This document shows positions 1-10,900 of a stretch of DNA of 64,000 nucleotides, piece by piece. Every line of letters starts with the position of its first letter. Within the stretch, counting starts at the first letter, position 1. Source of the DNA: an uncultured Muribaculaceae bacterium (GTDB lineage Bacteria > Pseudomonadota > Alphaproteobacteria > Rs-D84); the NCBI GenBank assembly GCA_964587855.1, contig CAZPLT010000001.1:83523-147522 (forward strand). The letters are read 5' to 3'. The notes beneath the pieces are model-generated. The model was not told the origin of the DNA, did no database searches, and saw only the letters and a list, made by a program, of their open reading frames with translations. A program made the position numbers and the translations under genes.

Positions 1-97
1 TGGGTATGCCGGAAAAAGTCAAGGAAACAACAGAAACGCAAAAGATTTATAATTTATTTTATAATTGTTTTGCGATTGCTATTTAAGGAGCAAAACT

Positions 98-961
98 ATG
101 GCATTGCCAAAATTTACCATGAAACAATTGATGGAAGCCGGTGTTCATTTCGGCCATCATACTCGTCGTTGGAACCCACTTATGGGGGCTTATGTTTACG
201 GGGTCAAAGATAAGATTCACATTATTAACTTAAATAAAACTGCACCAATGCTTTATCGTGCTTTGGATGCGCTGGAAAAAATTACAGCTGCCGGTGGCAA
301 GGTTTTATTCGTTGCAACAAAATACCAAGCCAAAGATATTGTAAAAGATGCCGCTGAACGTTGCGGACAATTTTATGTTAACAATCGTTGGTTGGGTGGA
401 ATGATAACTAACTGGTCAACAGTTTCACAATCGATTCGTCGTTTGAAAAAGCTGGAGGCAGATATTGAAAACTTTGAAAAGCTTGGATTTACCAAGAAAG
501 AAGTCGGTGTAATGCAAAAAGAATCAGAAAAATTGCGCGAAATTTTCGGCGGAATTTTGGATATGCATGGAACACCCCAGGCAGTTGTTATTATCGATAT
601 GCCACGCGAAATGAATGCAGTTCGTGAAGCAAAAGTTTTGGATATTCCAACAATTGCAATTGCAGATACAAATGCAAACCCAGAATTGGTTGATTATCCT
701 GTTCCTGGAAATGATGACGCTTCGCGTGCAATTCAATTATATTGTGACTTGTTCGTAGATGCTATTTTGTCTGGAATTGAAAAACGTTTGGGCGGCGCCC
801 AAGGTAAGAAAGTCGTATCCAGTGATATGGCACCAGATCCAATAGAAATAATTGAAGAAACTGCAAAAGAAAAAGAAGCAAAAATAAAATCCAAAGCCAG
901 TGAACAACGTGAAACTCGTCGTGAAAAATTGGTCGAAAAACTTGAAGAAAAAGGTGAATAA
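98..961 (+). CDS. rpsB: 30S ribosomal protein S2
   Basis: Translation MALPKFTMKQLMEAGVHFGHHTRRWNP... is canonical S2. RBS-like aaggag upstream. tsf follows. Confidence 0.95.
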   Translation: MALPKFTMKQLMEAGVHFGHHTRRWNPLMGAYVYGVKDKIHIINLNKTAPMLYRALDALEKITAAGGKVLFVATKYQAKDIVKDAAERCGQFYVNNRWLGGMITNWSTVSQSIRRLKKLEADIENFEKLGFTKKEVGVMQKESEKLREIFGGILDMHGTPQAVVIIDMPREMNAVREAKVLDIPTIAIADTNANPELVDYPVPGNDDASRAIQLYCDLFVDAILSGIEKRLGGAQGKKVVSSDMAPDPIEIIEETAKEKEAKIKSKASEQRETRREKLVEKLEEKGE

Positions 962-962
962 T

Positions 963-1832
963 ATGGCAGAGATTACAGCAAAATTAATTCAAGAACTGCG
1001 CGAAAAAACATCCGCAGGAATGATGGATTGCAAAAAAGCTTTGATTGAAAATAATGGAGATGTCCAGGCAGCTGCTGACTGGTTGCGTCAAAAAGGTATT
1101 GTAAAGGCTGCATCTAAAGCTGGTCGTGTTGCATCCAGTGGATTGGTCACCGTTGTTAAATGCGATGGAATGGGATGTGTTGTTGAATTAAATGCAGAAA
1201 CAGACTTTGTTGCGAAAAATGAAAAGTTCCAAAAATTGGTCGCGGATGTCGCGAATAAAGCTTTGGAATTAGGCGGTGATTTTGATGCAACAATGAATGC
1301 GGTCAAAGATGATATTGCAGCCACGATTTCAACAATCGGCGAAAATATGAATTTGCGCAGAATTACGAAAGTCAATGGTCAACATATTTATTCTTATGTT
1401 CATAACGCATTGGTTCCAGGCATGGGACAAATCGGTGTAATCGTTGCTTTGGACGGGGATAAAGCTGGTGCGGACGAAGTTGGTCCAAAAATTGCAATGC
1501 ACATTGCTGCAAACAAACCAGAATTTATGACAATTGATAATGTTGATCCTGTATCAGTTGAGCGCGAAAAGAAAATTTTCATTGAATCAGGCGCAACAAA
1601 TGGAAAACCGGAAGCTGTCGTTGAAAAGATGGTTGCTGGTCGTATTCAAAAATATTATGGCGAGTCTGTTTTAGAAGAACAACCATTTGTAATGGATCCA
1701 TCTAAAACCATTAAACAAGTTGCAGCAGACGCAGGCGTAAAACTGGCTGGCTTTGCTTATTACTTGTTGGGCGAAGGTATCGAAAAGCGCGATGATAATT
1801 TGGCGGATGAAGTAGCAAAAATGCTGAAATAA
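963..1832 (+). CDS. tsf: Elongation factor Ts
   Basis: MAEITAKLIQELREKTSAGMMDCKKAL... UBA-like N-terminus plus EF-Ts core. Conserved rpsB-tsf pairing. Confidence 0.95.
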   Translation: MAEITAKLIQELREKTSAGMMDCKKALIENNGDVQAAADWLRQKGIVKAASKAGRVASSGLVTVVKCDGMGCVVELNAETDFVAKNEKFQKLVADVANKALELGGDFDATMNAVKDDIAATISTIGENMNLRRITKVNGQHIYSYVHNALVPGMGQIGVIVALDGDKAGADEVGPKIAMHIAANKPEFMTIDNVDPVSVEREKKIFIESGATNGKPEAVVEKMVAGRIQKYYGESVLEEQPFVMDPSKTIKQVAADAGVKLAGFAYYLLGEGIEKRDDNLADEVAKMLK

Positions 1833-1849
1833 AACAAATCCGAACAAAT

Positions 1850-1890
1850 TAAAAAAAATCGCGCACCCGCGCGATTTTTTTTATTACAAA
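1850..1890 (+). terminator. Rho-independent terminator after tsf
   Basis: Hairpin tcgcgc-accc-gcgcga with A-run before and T-run after. Confidence 0.7.
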
Positions 1891-1934
1891 ACTTTTAACA
1901 ATAAATATGTTAAAATAAAAAAACGAGTTAAATT

Positions 1935-3146
1935 ATGAAAACAATATCTGATAAAACTTCATTGGCTATACTGAAATGGTCCGAGGCATGTATTTATTTT
2001 ATGCCAATTATTCCAGTCATAGTTTTATTATACCAGGGCAAAAATGTTTCCGTTGGGGATTTCTTTTTAATCCAAGGAATATTTCGCCTGGTATCTTTCT
2101 TGTTTGAAATTCCATCAGGCTATTTGGCCGATGTGTTTTCACGCAAAAAGATATTATTAATTGGGGCAGCGGTTCAATTTTTATCAATGCTTTGGCTGAT
2201 TTGGGCGGATGGTTTTTTTGGTGTCATGTTGTGCGAGGCAGGCCTTGGTTTGGCTGCTGCACTGTTTTCCGGTACAGGGGAAGCATACACATTTGATTTA
2301 TTAAAACGTATGAATAAAGAAAATCAATACTTAAAGGAAAATGGGAGTATTCGTACTTTTGCTCAAACATCTACATTTATTGCGACATTGATAGGTGGAG
2401 TGGTTTTTGCGTTTAGTGTTGATTTATTGCTGGCAATAGAAGCAATGGCGGCATTTGTCGGACTTTTATTGATCGCGCGTTTGCCAGAATTGCACGAAGT
2501 TCGTCGTAAAATCGCACCTGAAACCAGTCCTTTGCGTGATTTGATAGGTATTACAAAAATGTCTATAAAACATCCTGAAATTAAATGGTTGATGACATTC
2601 CCTGCGATTTATGGAGGATTTACCTTAATTATGTTTTGGGTTTTGCAGCCGATGATGACGGCAGCAATGGTTCCCGTTGCTTTGTTTGGTTTGTTTGTTG
2701 GTATAAACCAAGGAAGCCGAGCGATATTTTCAAAAATAGCGCATAAAGCAAAAGAATTACTGGGGGTCAGAAACCTTTTGTTCTTATGCCTGGGGCTTTT
2801 GGCAGCGGGATTCATCGCTGCAATACTTGCTGTGCATGCGGCAGGCAATATAGCTTTGGTTTATGCTCTCAGTGGATTTGTTGCGATAATTCCAGCAACT
2901 CAAACGATGGCGGCGTTGATTTTTAAAGATTATATTCATAATAAGATAAAATCTGATGAACGTGGAACAATATTATCTATTAACTCTATGTTCAGTACAG
3001 GTATAACAGGAATAATGATGATTTTGGTAAAACCTATGTTGGATAATCTTGGCATTGTTACGACATTGCTTGTTTGCCTTGGGGCATTGATTATGATACT
3101 ATTTCCATTAAAGAAAGTCTTGGCAATAAAAGGGATAAAAAAATGA
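1935..3146 (+). CDS. MFS-type transporter (12-TM membrane protein)
   Basis: Multiple hydrophobic helices. MFS motif-A-like GYLADVFSRKKILLIG. Confidence 0.55.
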   Translation: MKTISDKTSLAILKWSEACIYFMPIIPVIVLLYQGKNVSVGDFFLIQGIFRLVSFLFEIPSGYLADVFSRKKILLIGAAVQFLSMLWLIWADGFFGVMLCEAGLGLAAALFSGTGEAYTFDLLKRMNKENQYLKENGSIRTFAQTSTFIATLIGGVVFAFSVDLLLAIEAMAAFVGLLLIARLPELHEVRRKIAPETSPLRDLIGITKMSIKHPEIKWLMTFPAIYGGFTLIMFWVLQPMMTAAMVPVALFGLFVGINQGSRAIFSKIAHKAKELLGVRNLLFLCLGLLAAGFIAAILAVHAAGNIALVYALSGFVAIIPATQTMAALIFKDYIHNKIKSDERGTILSINSMFSTGITGIMMILVKPMLDNLGIVTTLLVCLGALIMILFPLKKVLAIKGIKK

Positions 3147-4357
3147 CACAGAAATTATTTGATATGTTGCAAGAGCGTGGGTTCGTCAAAGATATGACCC
3201 ACCCACAACAGATAAAAGATTTATTGAATGGCAATAAAAAAATAACTTTTTATGTTGGGATTGATCCAACGGCAGATTCTTTGCATATTGGGCATTTTTT
3301 CGCTCTGCGTATGGCGCGGCATTTGCAAAATGCAGGACACCAAGCAATCGTTTTAATTGGTGGCGCAACAGCGCTGGTTGGTGATCCAACTGGAAAATCT
3401 GATATGCGTAAAATGCTGACCAAAGAGCAAGTCGCACATAATATGGCCGAAGTGGAAACATTGGCGCGGCGTTTTGTTTTACCAGAAACCAAGTTTGTAA
3501 ATAATGCAGATTGGATAAATAAATTTTCTTATGTGGATTTTATGCGTTTGGTTGGCACTCATTTCAATGTTAATACAATGTTGGCGTCCGAGGCCTATGC
3601 CCGCCGTCGTGAAAATGGTGGTCTGACATTTTTGGAAATGGGATATATGCCGATGCAGGCGTATGACTTTGTTCATCTGAATGATGCGGAAAATTGTGTT
3701 CTACAGATTGGCGGCAGTGATCAATGGGGAAATATCGTTGCAGGCACGGAATTATTCAGAAAGAAAAATATTGCCGAAGGTAAAGACGCGGGCGAAATAT
3801 ACGGCCTGACCGCGCCACTTCTTATGACAGTTGATGGTAAAAAAATGGGTAAAACTGAAAAGGGAACATTGTGGGTTGCCCGTGATAAAACCACCCCGTT
3901 TGAGTTTTATCAATATTTTTACAATATGCCGGACGAAAATACAGGCTTGCTGTTGTCTTTATTTACAGATATACCAATGTCGGAAATAGTTGCAATGTGC
4001 ACGAACGACATTGTTGCATCCAAGAAAAAAATGGCATACGAAGTTACTAAATTGATTCATGGTGAAATGTTGGCGGTTGATGCTGCCGCAACGGCCAAGT
4101 CTTTATTTTGTGGTGGCGCAGAAAGCACCGGAATTCCAAGTAAAAAAATGGCAATGTCTGGGGCTGTGAACATCGTTGATTTTTTGGTTCAATCTGACAT
4201 TGTTCCATCTAAATCCGAAGCGCGCCGGGCAATAGAGCAGGGCGGGATTCAGCTGGATGGAGTCAAAATTATTGATAAAGATTTTATGGTCCCCCCCGCA
4301 GAATCAATAATGATTCAGAAAGGCAAAAAGACTTTCTTGAAAATAGTAACTAAATGA
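3143..4357 (+). CDS. tyrS: Tyrosyl-tRNA synthetase
   Basis: HIGH motif (DSLHIGHF), KMGKT (KMSKS-like), C-terminal S4-like domain. Start taken at MTQKLF. 4-bp overlap (atga) with upstream gene. Confidence 0.9.
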   Translation: MTQKLFDMLQERGFVKDMTHPQQIKDLLNGNKKITFYVGIDPTADSLHIGHFFALRMARHLQNAGHQAIVLIGGATALVGDPTGKSDMRKMLTKEQVAHNMAEVETLARRFVLPETKFVNNADWINKFSYVDFMRLVGTHFNVNTMLASEAYARRRENGGLTFLEMGYMPMQAYDFVHLNDAENCVLQIGGSDQWGNIVAGTELFRKKNIAEGKDAGEIYGLTAPLLMTVDGKKMGKTEKGTLWVARDKTTPFEFYQYFYNMPDENTGLLLSLFTDIPMSEIVAMCTNDIVASKKKMAYEVTKLIHGEMLAVDAAATAKSLFCGGAESTGIPSKKMAMSGAVNIVDFLVQSDIVPSKSEARRAIEQGGIQLDGVKIIDKDFMVPPAESIMIQKGKKTFLKIVTK

Positions 4358-5430
4358 AAAAGTACCTTTATTTTTTAACTTTTGTTTTTTTTATCTTAGG
4401 TTCTGCTTATGCGGCGCCGAATGAATTGGCTGCGGTAAAAAAACAAATTACCCAGGTTGAACAGCAAAATAAAAAGATAGAACAACAGGTTAAAACGTCG
4501 GATCGCCAAGTTGAGAAAACAAAAAATCAATTGGTTGGTGCTGCAGAAAGTCTGGATAAAATTGAAAATCAACGCGGTGAAATCCAAGATAAAATTAAAA
4601 GTTTAGATGCACGTCGAGATGTCTTGATGGCATCGATTGTTACGAACCAGGGACGTTTGGCCGAAGCCGCGGCAGGATTGGTAACTATTTCTGAAAATCC
4701 TTCATTTTCTGCATCTGATACCCATGAATATATTTTGACATCGGCTTTGTTAACAGGCGTTTCTGATGGGTTTGATTCTGAAATAAAATCGGCGGGGGAA
4801 AAAATCGCCGAACTGGAAAAAGTTATGAACGCCAGAAAAGAACAACAAAAAAATCTTGATAAAACAGCAAAGAAATATGCCGAAAATAAAGATTATTTGG
4901 ATAAGTTGATGAGAACACGTTCCGCACAAAATGAAAAATTAAAATCCAAGCAATATGAATTACAAAAAAAATTACGTGATTTATCTGTTCGCGCAAAAAG
5001 CTTGTCTGAATTGACAGCTGGATTATCGCGGGCCGAGGTTTCATCCGATGATTCATTCAGTTGGCGTAAAATGCGGGCACCTGTATCTGGGATTATGTTG
5101 CGCAGATTCGGCGAAACATCCCCATTGGGTTTGGTATCTGATGGTTGGCTGATAAAGACGCGCAGTGGTGCGTTGGTGACGGCGCCTGCCGATGGTCGTG
5201 TTGAATTTGCAGATGATTTCCGTAAAAATGGTCGAGTGGTAATACTTTCACATAAAAATTCATATTATTCGGTTTTGACCGGACTTGCAACGACAGATGT
5301 TTTGCTGGGCCAAGATGTTTTGGCGGGCGAGCCAATTGGCCGTATGCCCGAAGATCGCGCTGAAATGTATCTGGAACTGCGCCGCGGAACAAAAGCAGTT
5401 GACCCTGCAAAATTATTCAAAGAACCATAG
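4354..5430 (+). CDS. M23 family peptidase / murein hydrolase activator (EnvC-like) with coiled-coil N-terminus
   Basis: Signal peptide, long coiled-coil region. C-terminal LytM/M23 domain (RRFGETSPLG...PADGRVEF...). Confidence 0.75.
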   Translation: MKKYLYFLTFVFFILGSAYAAPNELAAVKKQITQVEQQNKKIEQQVKTSDRQVEKTKNQLVGAAESLDKIENQRGEIQDKIKSLDARRDVLMASIVTNQGRLAEAAAGLVTISENPSFSASDTHEYILTSALLTGVSDGFDSEIKSAGEKIAELEKVMNARKEQQKNLDKTAKKYAENKDYLDKLMRTRSAQNEKLKSKQYELQKKLRDLSVRAKSLSELTAGLSRAEVSSDDSFSWRKMRAPVSGIMLRRFGETSPLGLVSDGWLIKTRSGALVTAPADGRVEFADDFRKNGRVVILSHKNSYYSVLTGLATTDVLLGQDVLAGEPIGRMPEDRAEMYLELRRGTKAVDPAKLFKEP

Positions 5431-5463
5431 TTTTTTTTGTAAAATTAGACAAATATTTAATAC

Positions 5464-5491
5464 TTGACAAATATACAAATCATACTATACT
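5464..5491 (+). promoter_or_regulatory. sigma70-like promoter (TTGACA-16-TATACT) immediately upstream of ATG at 5498
   Basis: -35 TTGACA 5464-5469, -10 TATACT 5486-5491. ATG only ~6 nt after the -10, implying a leaderless transcript. Confidence 0.45.
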
Positions 5492-5497
5492 TATTGT

Positions 5498-6418
5498 ATG
5501 AAAATTAGGAAATTACAAAATCATGGTCGCGAGACTTACGCTGTTTATTACGGCGATGGGTTTGTTTTAAAACGTCCTTTGCCAAATTTTGGAGAAGAAG
5601 CACAAGAAAAATGGCTTGCTAAACAACATAAGACTAAGCAGGTTATTGATGAAATTTATGCCGTAGGGAACCCGACTTACAATATTCCAAGAATGGTTTA
5701 TATTAATGATGATGAGTATCAAGTTCTCGAAGAACGTGCCTTGGGTGGGCCTTTAACGAAAGAATTATATAGAACCTTGACCCGTCGTCAACAGTTGGAA
5801 ATTGTAAACGGGTTGTCAAGTTTTTTGGTGGATATGAATGAATTAAAGCCAACAAAAGAAATTGTAAATCATAAGATAACATCAGAAATAAAATTTTCTA
5901 GATTTGAAAACTTTGTAGAAAATAAAATGTCAGATTGGTTTGCGGTAAATGATGTTAAATATATGATAAAAGTTAAAAATCAAATAAGTCAATTTGAATA
6001 TAAAACTATGGAAGCATGGTCTCATGGGGATTTAAATGCGGGGAATGTGCTTTATAATAAAGATACCAGCAAATTATCTTTTATAGATTTTGCAGAAGCA
6101 AGTTATAAATTTATTTATCGGGATATTTTTGCTTCTTTACAAATAGAACTTGATATTTGTAAACCGGTTTATGAAATTTATAAAAAGTTTCATGTTCAAA
6201 GAAAATATAAAATGCCCGGTATAGGTTCTTCTGAATTACAGGATATAATGAAAAATCGAATAACTATAGTATGGCTAAAGCGTTTTATTAAGGCTTCGGA
6301 TGACTTACGGCAAAATACAGAAACAGAAAAAGGGGAAAAAAATAACACAGAGAAAGTAAAATTCATGTGTGAAACTATACATAATTTAAAAAACTTAGAT
6401 AGAAAGTTTTCTAGATAA
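5498..6418 (+). CDS. Kinase-fold protein of APH/choline-kinase/Kdo-kinase type
   Basis: Catalytic-loop-like HGDLNAGNVLY, metal-binding IDFAEAS (D-F/W-x motif), N-terminal FVLKRP lysine. Own promoter and terminator. Confidence 0.45.
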   Translation: MKIRKLQNHGRETYAVYYGDGFVLKRPLPNFGEEAQEKWLAKQHKTKQVIDEIYAVGNPTYNIPRMVYINDDEYQVLEERALGGPLTKELYRTLTRRQQLEIVNGLSSFLVDMNELKPTKEIVNHKITSEIKFSRFENFVENKMSDWFAVNDVKYMIKVKNQISQFEYKTMEAWSHGDLNAGNVLYNKDTSKLSFIDFAEASYKFIYRDIFASLQIELDICKPVYEIYKKFHVQRKYKMPGIGSSELQDIMKNRITIVWLKRFIKASDDLRQNTETEKGEKNNTEKVKFMCETIHNLKNLDRKFSR

Positions 6419-6450
6419 ATCCCCTCTTGCGTGGGGGATTTTTTTTTGCT
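6419..6450 (+). terminator. Rho-independent terminator
   Basis: atcccc-tcttgcg-tgggggat followed by T9. Confidence 0.7.
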
Positions 6451-6479
6451 AAATTTTGTTAATTGTAAAGGGGGTTTTT

Positions 6480-7790
6480 ATGAAAAAGATTTTAATTTCG
6501 ATTTTATTATCATTTGTGGTTGTTTTTAGTGCGACAGCGGCAGAAAAGAAAGCACCTGTAAAACATCTGACAGATGCCCAAATTTATGAACAATTGAAAA
6601 AATTTGCATTGGTATTTGAAACAGCACGTGAAAATTTCGTAGAAGAAGTTGATGAAAAGAAAATGCTGGAAGCAGCTATGAACGGAATGTTGATGGAATT
6701 GGATCCTCATTCTTCGTATTTGAATGCTGATGACTTGAAAGATTTTGACGATAAATCTTCGGGCAGTTTTGGTGGCGTCGGTATTCAAATTACATCGGAC
6801 AAGGGCGCAATCAAGGTTATTTCCCCAATTGATGACACCCCAGCTTATCGTGCTGGGATAAAGGCTGGCGATTATATAACTCATATTGATGGGCAACAAG
6901 TTTTTGATATGTCTTTGAATCAAGCCGTTAAAAAAATGAAGGGGCGTCCAGGGACCAAGATAAAATTAACAATTGTTCCCGAAGAACGTGGCGAGCCAAA
7001 AACAATTACCCTTACTCGCGATATAATCAAAGTTAAATCAATAAAATTTGCTGCCAAGGGGGATGATAAAAAAATTGGATATATTCGTGTTTCTGATTTT
7101 GGCGCAACTACAGCCAAAGAATTAAAAGAAGCCATAGAAAAATTAGAAAAACAGAAAGTTATAGGCTATGTGTTGGACGTTCGTAATAATCCAGGTGGAT
7201 ATTTGATTGCGGCCATTGAAGTTTCTGATGCTTTCTTGGATAGTGGTGAAATAGTTTCAACCCGTGGTCGTGGCAAAGAAGATATTGATCGCAGTATGGC
7301 AAAGCCTGGTGATTTAACACATGGAAAACCAGTTGTTGTTTTGATAAACCATGGATCTGCATCAGCATCAGAAATTGTTGCAGGCGCGCTTCAGGATAAT
7401 AAACGTGGATTGGTTATGGGCAGTCAATCATTTGGTAAGGGTAGCGTTCAACAACAAAAACCTTTTGGCGATGGCACAGCAATTCACTTGACCATTGCGC
7501 GGTATTACACCCCATCTGGTAAATCAATCCAGGGCGAAGGAATTACTCCGGACGTAGAAGTATTGCAATCCAAAGTAGAAGTTTTGGAAAAGAAAAACGA
7601 TATCTTTTCCGAGGCCAGCTTTAAAAATGCTTTGAAAAATGAAAAAGCTAAAAAGCAAGATGCAAAAGATGATGAAGAAGATGATGATTCTAAATTAACA
7701 GATGCTGAAAAAGATGCCCGCGATTATCAATTGCAACGTGCAATGGATATGGTTCGTGCAATGTCTAAATTAAAGCCTGTGAAAAAATAA
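6480..7790 (+). CDS. ctpA: Carboxy-terminal processing protease (S41, PDZ-containing)
   Basis: Signal peptide, PDZ region, S41 core (GGYL..., SASASEI). Start at MKKILIS. Confidence 0.85.
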   Translation: MKKILISILLSFVVVFSATAAEKKAPVKHLTDAQIYEQLKKFALVFETARENFVEEVDEKKMLEAAMNGMLMELDPHSSYLNADDLKDFDDKSSGSFGGVGIQITSDKGAIKVISPIDDTPAYRAGIKAGDYITHIDGQQVFDMSLNQAVKKMKGRPGTKIKLTIVPEERGEPKTITLTRDIIKVKSIKFAAKGDDKKIGYIRVSDFGATTAKELKEAIEKLEKQKVIGYVLDVRNNPGGYLIAAIEVSDAFLDSGEIVSTRGRGKEDIDRSMAKPGDLTHGKPVVVLINHGSASASEIVAGALQDNKRGLVMGSQSFGKGSVQQQKPFGDGTAIHLTIARYYTPSGKSIQGEGITPDVEVLQSKVEVLEKKNDIFSEASFKNALKNEKAKKQDAKDDEEDDDSKLTDAEKDARDYQLQRAMDMVRAMSKLKPVKK

Positions 7791-7805
7791 TTATAAAAAA
7801 TTAAA

Positions 7806-7838
7806 TAAAAAAGCGGTAATTGACCGCTTTTTTTATTG
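7806..7838 (+). terminator. Rho-independent terminator after ctpA
   Basis: aagcggt-aatt-gaccgctt followed by T-run. Confidence 0.7.
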
Positions 7839-7917
7839 TCAATATATGGTTCAATGCTTGTTTTACGTCTTCCAAAATACTATAATTCATATCCGTGACC
7901 AAAAAAAGGAAGTAGTT

Positions 7918-10900
7918 ATGACCAAGATGATAGTTGATGGTAATTGGGCCGCAGCAGATGTGGCATATCGATGTAGTGAATTTTCAGCAATATATCCAAT
8001 AACACCCAGCAGCACCATGGGTGAGTTGGCAGATGAATGGGCGTATCAGCATAAAAAGAATATTTGGGGCGCAGTGCCCGGAATAATTGAAATGCAGTCT
8101 GAGGGTGGCGCAGCCGGCGCAGTTCATGGCGCGTTGCAGATGGGCGCATTGGCGACGACTTTTACCGCGTCCCAGGGTTTGCTGTTGATGATTCCAAATA
8201 TGTATAAAATTGCAGGGGAACAAACACCATTTGTTATGCATGTTGCGGCGCGTGCTTTGGCGACACATGCTTTGTCTATATTTGGTGATCATTCTGACGT
8301 TATGTCAGTTCGTGGAACTGGTTTTGCATTATTATCTTCGCATAATGTTCAGCAAGCCCATGATATGGCTGCAATAGCACATAGCGCAACACTTCGCGCG
8401 CGCGTTCCGTTTTTACACTTTTTTGATGGTTTTCGTACCAGCCATGAAGAATCCAGAATTGAATATATTCCAGATGAAGTTTTACAGGAATTAATTCCAA
8501 CAGATTTAATGTTAGATGCGCGCAATCGCGGTATGACTCCGGATGCGCCAACGATTCGCGGAACCGCGCAAAACCCAGATGTATTTTTCCAAGGGCGCGA
8601 GGCCGCAAACAAATTCTATGATGCGGTTCCAGAAATTGTTCAAAATGTTATGAATAAATTTGGAAAATTGACGGGACGTAAATATGGCTTGGTTGAATAT
8701 ACTGGTGACAAAAAAGCCGAAAATGTAATTGTTGTAATGGGCAGCGCGGCAGAAACAATAACTGAAACTTTGCCACATTTGCCAAAGGGCGTTGGAATGA
8801 TAGCGGTGCATTTGTATCGTCCATTTCCGACAGATGCATTTTTAAAAGTTTTGCCAGACAGTGTTAAAAATATTGCCGTATTGGACAGGACAAAAGAGCC
8901 CGGTTCAATCGGTGAACCATTGTACCAAGATGTTGTAACCGTATTGCAAAATCGTGGTATAAAAATCTTTGGTGGGCGTTATGGTTTGGGTTCCAAAGAG
9001 TTCAAACCCCGTGATGTCCAGGCTGTGGTTGAAAATTTAATCAATGGAAAACTTCATCATAATTTTACTGTTGGTATTACAGATGATGTTACGAAATTGT
9101 CGCTGAAAACGGATCCAAAGTTTGCAAATGATGTTGCTGGAAAATCAGCAATACTTTACGGAATCGGATCTGACGGAACAGTTGGCGCGGTTAAGAATAT
9201 AGTTAAAATAGTTGGGGATAATTCTGATTTGTATCCGCAATCTTATGCAGTTTATGATTCCAAAAAGTCAGGGGGACTTACTGCTTCGCATTTGCGATTC
9301 GCACCAAAGCCAATACAATCACAATACTTGGTGGAATATGCGGATTTTATTTCTGTTTCTAATTTTACCATTGCACAAAGATTTGATGTTTTTAGTGGGT
9401 TGAAACCTGGTGGAATTGTGATGATAAACACAGGGCATAATCCAGACGAAGCTTTTGCAATGTTGCCACGTGATGTCCAAGAACATTTGATTAAACAAAA
9501 AGCCAAAGTATATTTCTTGGATGCGAATCGCGCAGCGCGTGAATTGGGACTAGGGAACAGAATAAATACTTTTATAATGTTGAACTTTTTCAATTTAACC
9601 AAAGTAATAAATCCATCTATCGCGGCAAAATCTGCAAAAGATGCGATTGAAAAAACTTATCATAAAAAAGGTGAGGATGTTGTTGCTGCAAACTGGGCAG
9701 CGGTTGATAAAGCGGCAGAGTTTTTGCATGAATATACTTTGCCAGCACAGCCATCAAAATCAGCACCGGATTGGATCCCTGCGATGACGGCTAATGCGCC
9801 AGCATGTATTATGAATACTTTGGGTGAAATGGCCGCAATGTGTGGTGATGATTTACCTGTATCTGCAATGGCAAATTCAGGGGAATTCCCAGTTGGAACT
9901 TCGAAATATGAAAAACGTGGAATCAGTGAAAATGTTGTTGTGTGTGATTTAAGTAAATGTATTCAATGTGGAAAATGTTCAATGTTGTGTCCGCATGCTG
10001 CGATTCGTATGAATGCGGGTAAAAATATTGGTGGTGTTCCAATGAAGACATCTGAACTGGGTGAAGATATGGAATTTTTACTGACAATTTCACCAGCAGA
10101 TTGCACAGGATGCCAGGTTTGTGTAAAAAATTGTCCGGTTGGCGCATTAAGTGTTGTTCCAATTGAACAAGCACAAAAATTGGGCGCCCAAGAAGCATTT
10201 GATAAAGCAGCAAAATTGCCTCCAGTGCCAAAGGATAAATTAAATACTAATTTACCAAAGCATATAGAACTGTCTGAACATATGTTTGAATTCCCAGGCG
10301 CATGTGCGGGTTGTGGTGAAACACCTTATATAAAATTAGTAACACAATTATTTGGTGATCATATGGTTGTTGCAAATGCAACTGGGTGTTCATCAATTTA
10401 TGGTGCGAATTTGCCAACTACTCCGTATACATCAGATTCGAATGGTCGCGGACCTGCATGGTCTAATTCATTATTCGAAGATAATGCAGAATATGGATTG
10501 GGAATGCGTATGGCATTAAATCAACGTCGCGAAATGTTAAAGGGTTTATTATTCAAAGTCTTTGATGATAAAGATGATAAGATTATTGAATCTTTATTTG
10601 ATGAAAAAGATATCGTAAAGCAGCGCGAAAATGTTGAATTGGTTCGTAAAAAAGCCAAAGGCGATAAACAAATCGAATCGCTGCTGGATGCGCTTGTTGA
10701 TAAATCTGTATGGATAATCGGTGGTGACGGATGGGCTTATGACATTGGATACGGTGGTTTGGACCATGTCCTGCATAGCGGTCAAAATGTTAATGTCTTG
10801 GTTATGGATACCGAGGGTTATTCAAATACTGGTGGTCAACAATCCAAAGCAACACCTTTTGGTGCTTCGATGAAATTTGCCGTCAGTGGTAAAGAAATAG

